This document shows positions 23,935-24,000 of a DNA stretch of 24,000 nucleotides, piece after piece (the first letter of the stretch is position 1; each line of letters opens with the position of its first letter). The notes beneath the pieces are model-generated. The model was given only the letters and a program-made list of their open reading frames with translations. It had not been told where the DNA came from and ran no database searches. A program made the position numbers and the translations under genes. This stretch comes from an uncultured Actinomycetota bacterium (GTDB lineage: Bacteria > Actinomycetota > Actinomycetes > Mycobacteriales > Nakamurellaceae): assembly GCA_963695045.1 (NCBI GenBank), contig CAVOFW010000002.1, forward strand, positions 1 through 24,000. Reading direction: 5' to 3'.

Positions 23935-24000
23935 TGACCGCGATGGGTGGTTCTTGAGGACCGGGCGGAGGGCTGCTGTGGCTGCGTAATCAGTTACAGT

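Noticed and set aside
1-24000. A search for defence-system hallmarks, CRISPR repeats, integrase or transposase genes, rRNA, and toxin-antitoxin pairs.
   Set aside because: No ORF in either strand's track shows nuclease, helicase, ATPase, methylase, integrase or DDE motifs that I can recognise. The only mobile-element traces are the DUF6262-like orphan and the tRNA-like fragment.

Overview
High-GC actinobacterial (Mycobacterium-like) chromosomal DNA. All calls come from reading the sequence and ORF track by eye; no searches were run, and family names come from remembered motifs.

**Main content (about 2.1-17.1 kb, minus strand).** This is a complete group 1h/5 'Hhy'-type high-affinity, O2-tolerant [NiFe]-hydrogenase locus. 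The gene order is hypA-hypB | hhyS-hhyL | hhyE, four uncharacterised ORFs (224, 215, 492 and 39 aa), maturation endopeptidase, hypC-like, hypF | hypC-hypD-hypE, then a 290-aa unknown. Most junctions are 1-8 nt stop/start overlaps.

**Left flank.** A 5'-truncated GltA-type citrate synthase, a DUF3040-like membrane protein and a PspC/SHOCT protein.

**Right flank (17.2-24 kb).** This stretch is gene-poor, patchily lower in GC and looks decayed. It holds:
- a tRNA-like T-arm/acceptor fragment
- an apparently frameshifted ORF
- a VOC/glyoxalase-family gene
- a small secreted protein
- an orphan DUF6262-like gene, of the type usually seen beside tyrosine-recombinase trios
- an MBL-fold alkyl sulfatase
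- a C-terminal fragment of an ATP-dependent DNA ligase
- a low-GC lipoprotein gene

I found no CRISPR array, rRNA, intact tRNA, integrase or transposase.

**Candidates for new biology.**
1. The overlap-coupled block of unknown ORFs inside the hydrogenase operon, including a 39-aa single-TM peptide.
2. A 17-bp triplication exactly at the hypE stop / next-gene start junction. It creates a relay of two 5-codon mini-ORFs (MPRIC, MARIC) that copy HypE's catalytic PRIC tail.

The hydrogenase itself belongs to a described class, so I do not claim a wholly new system.
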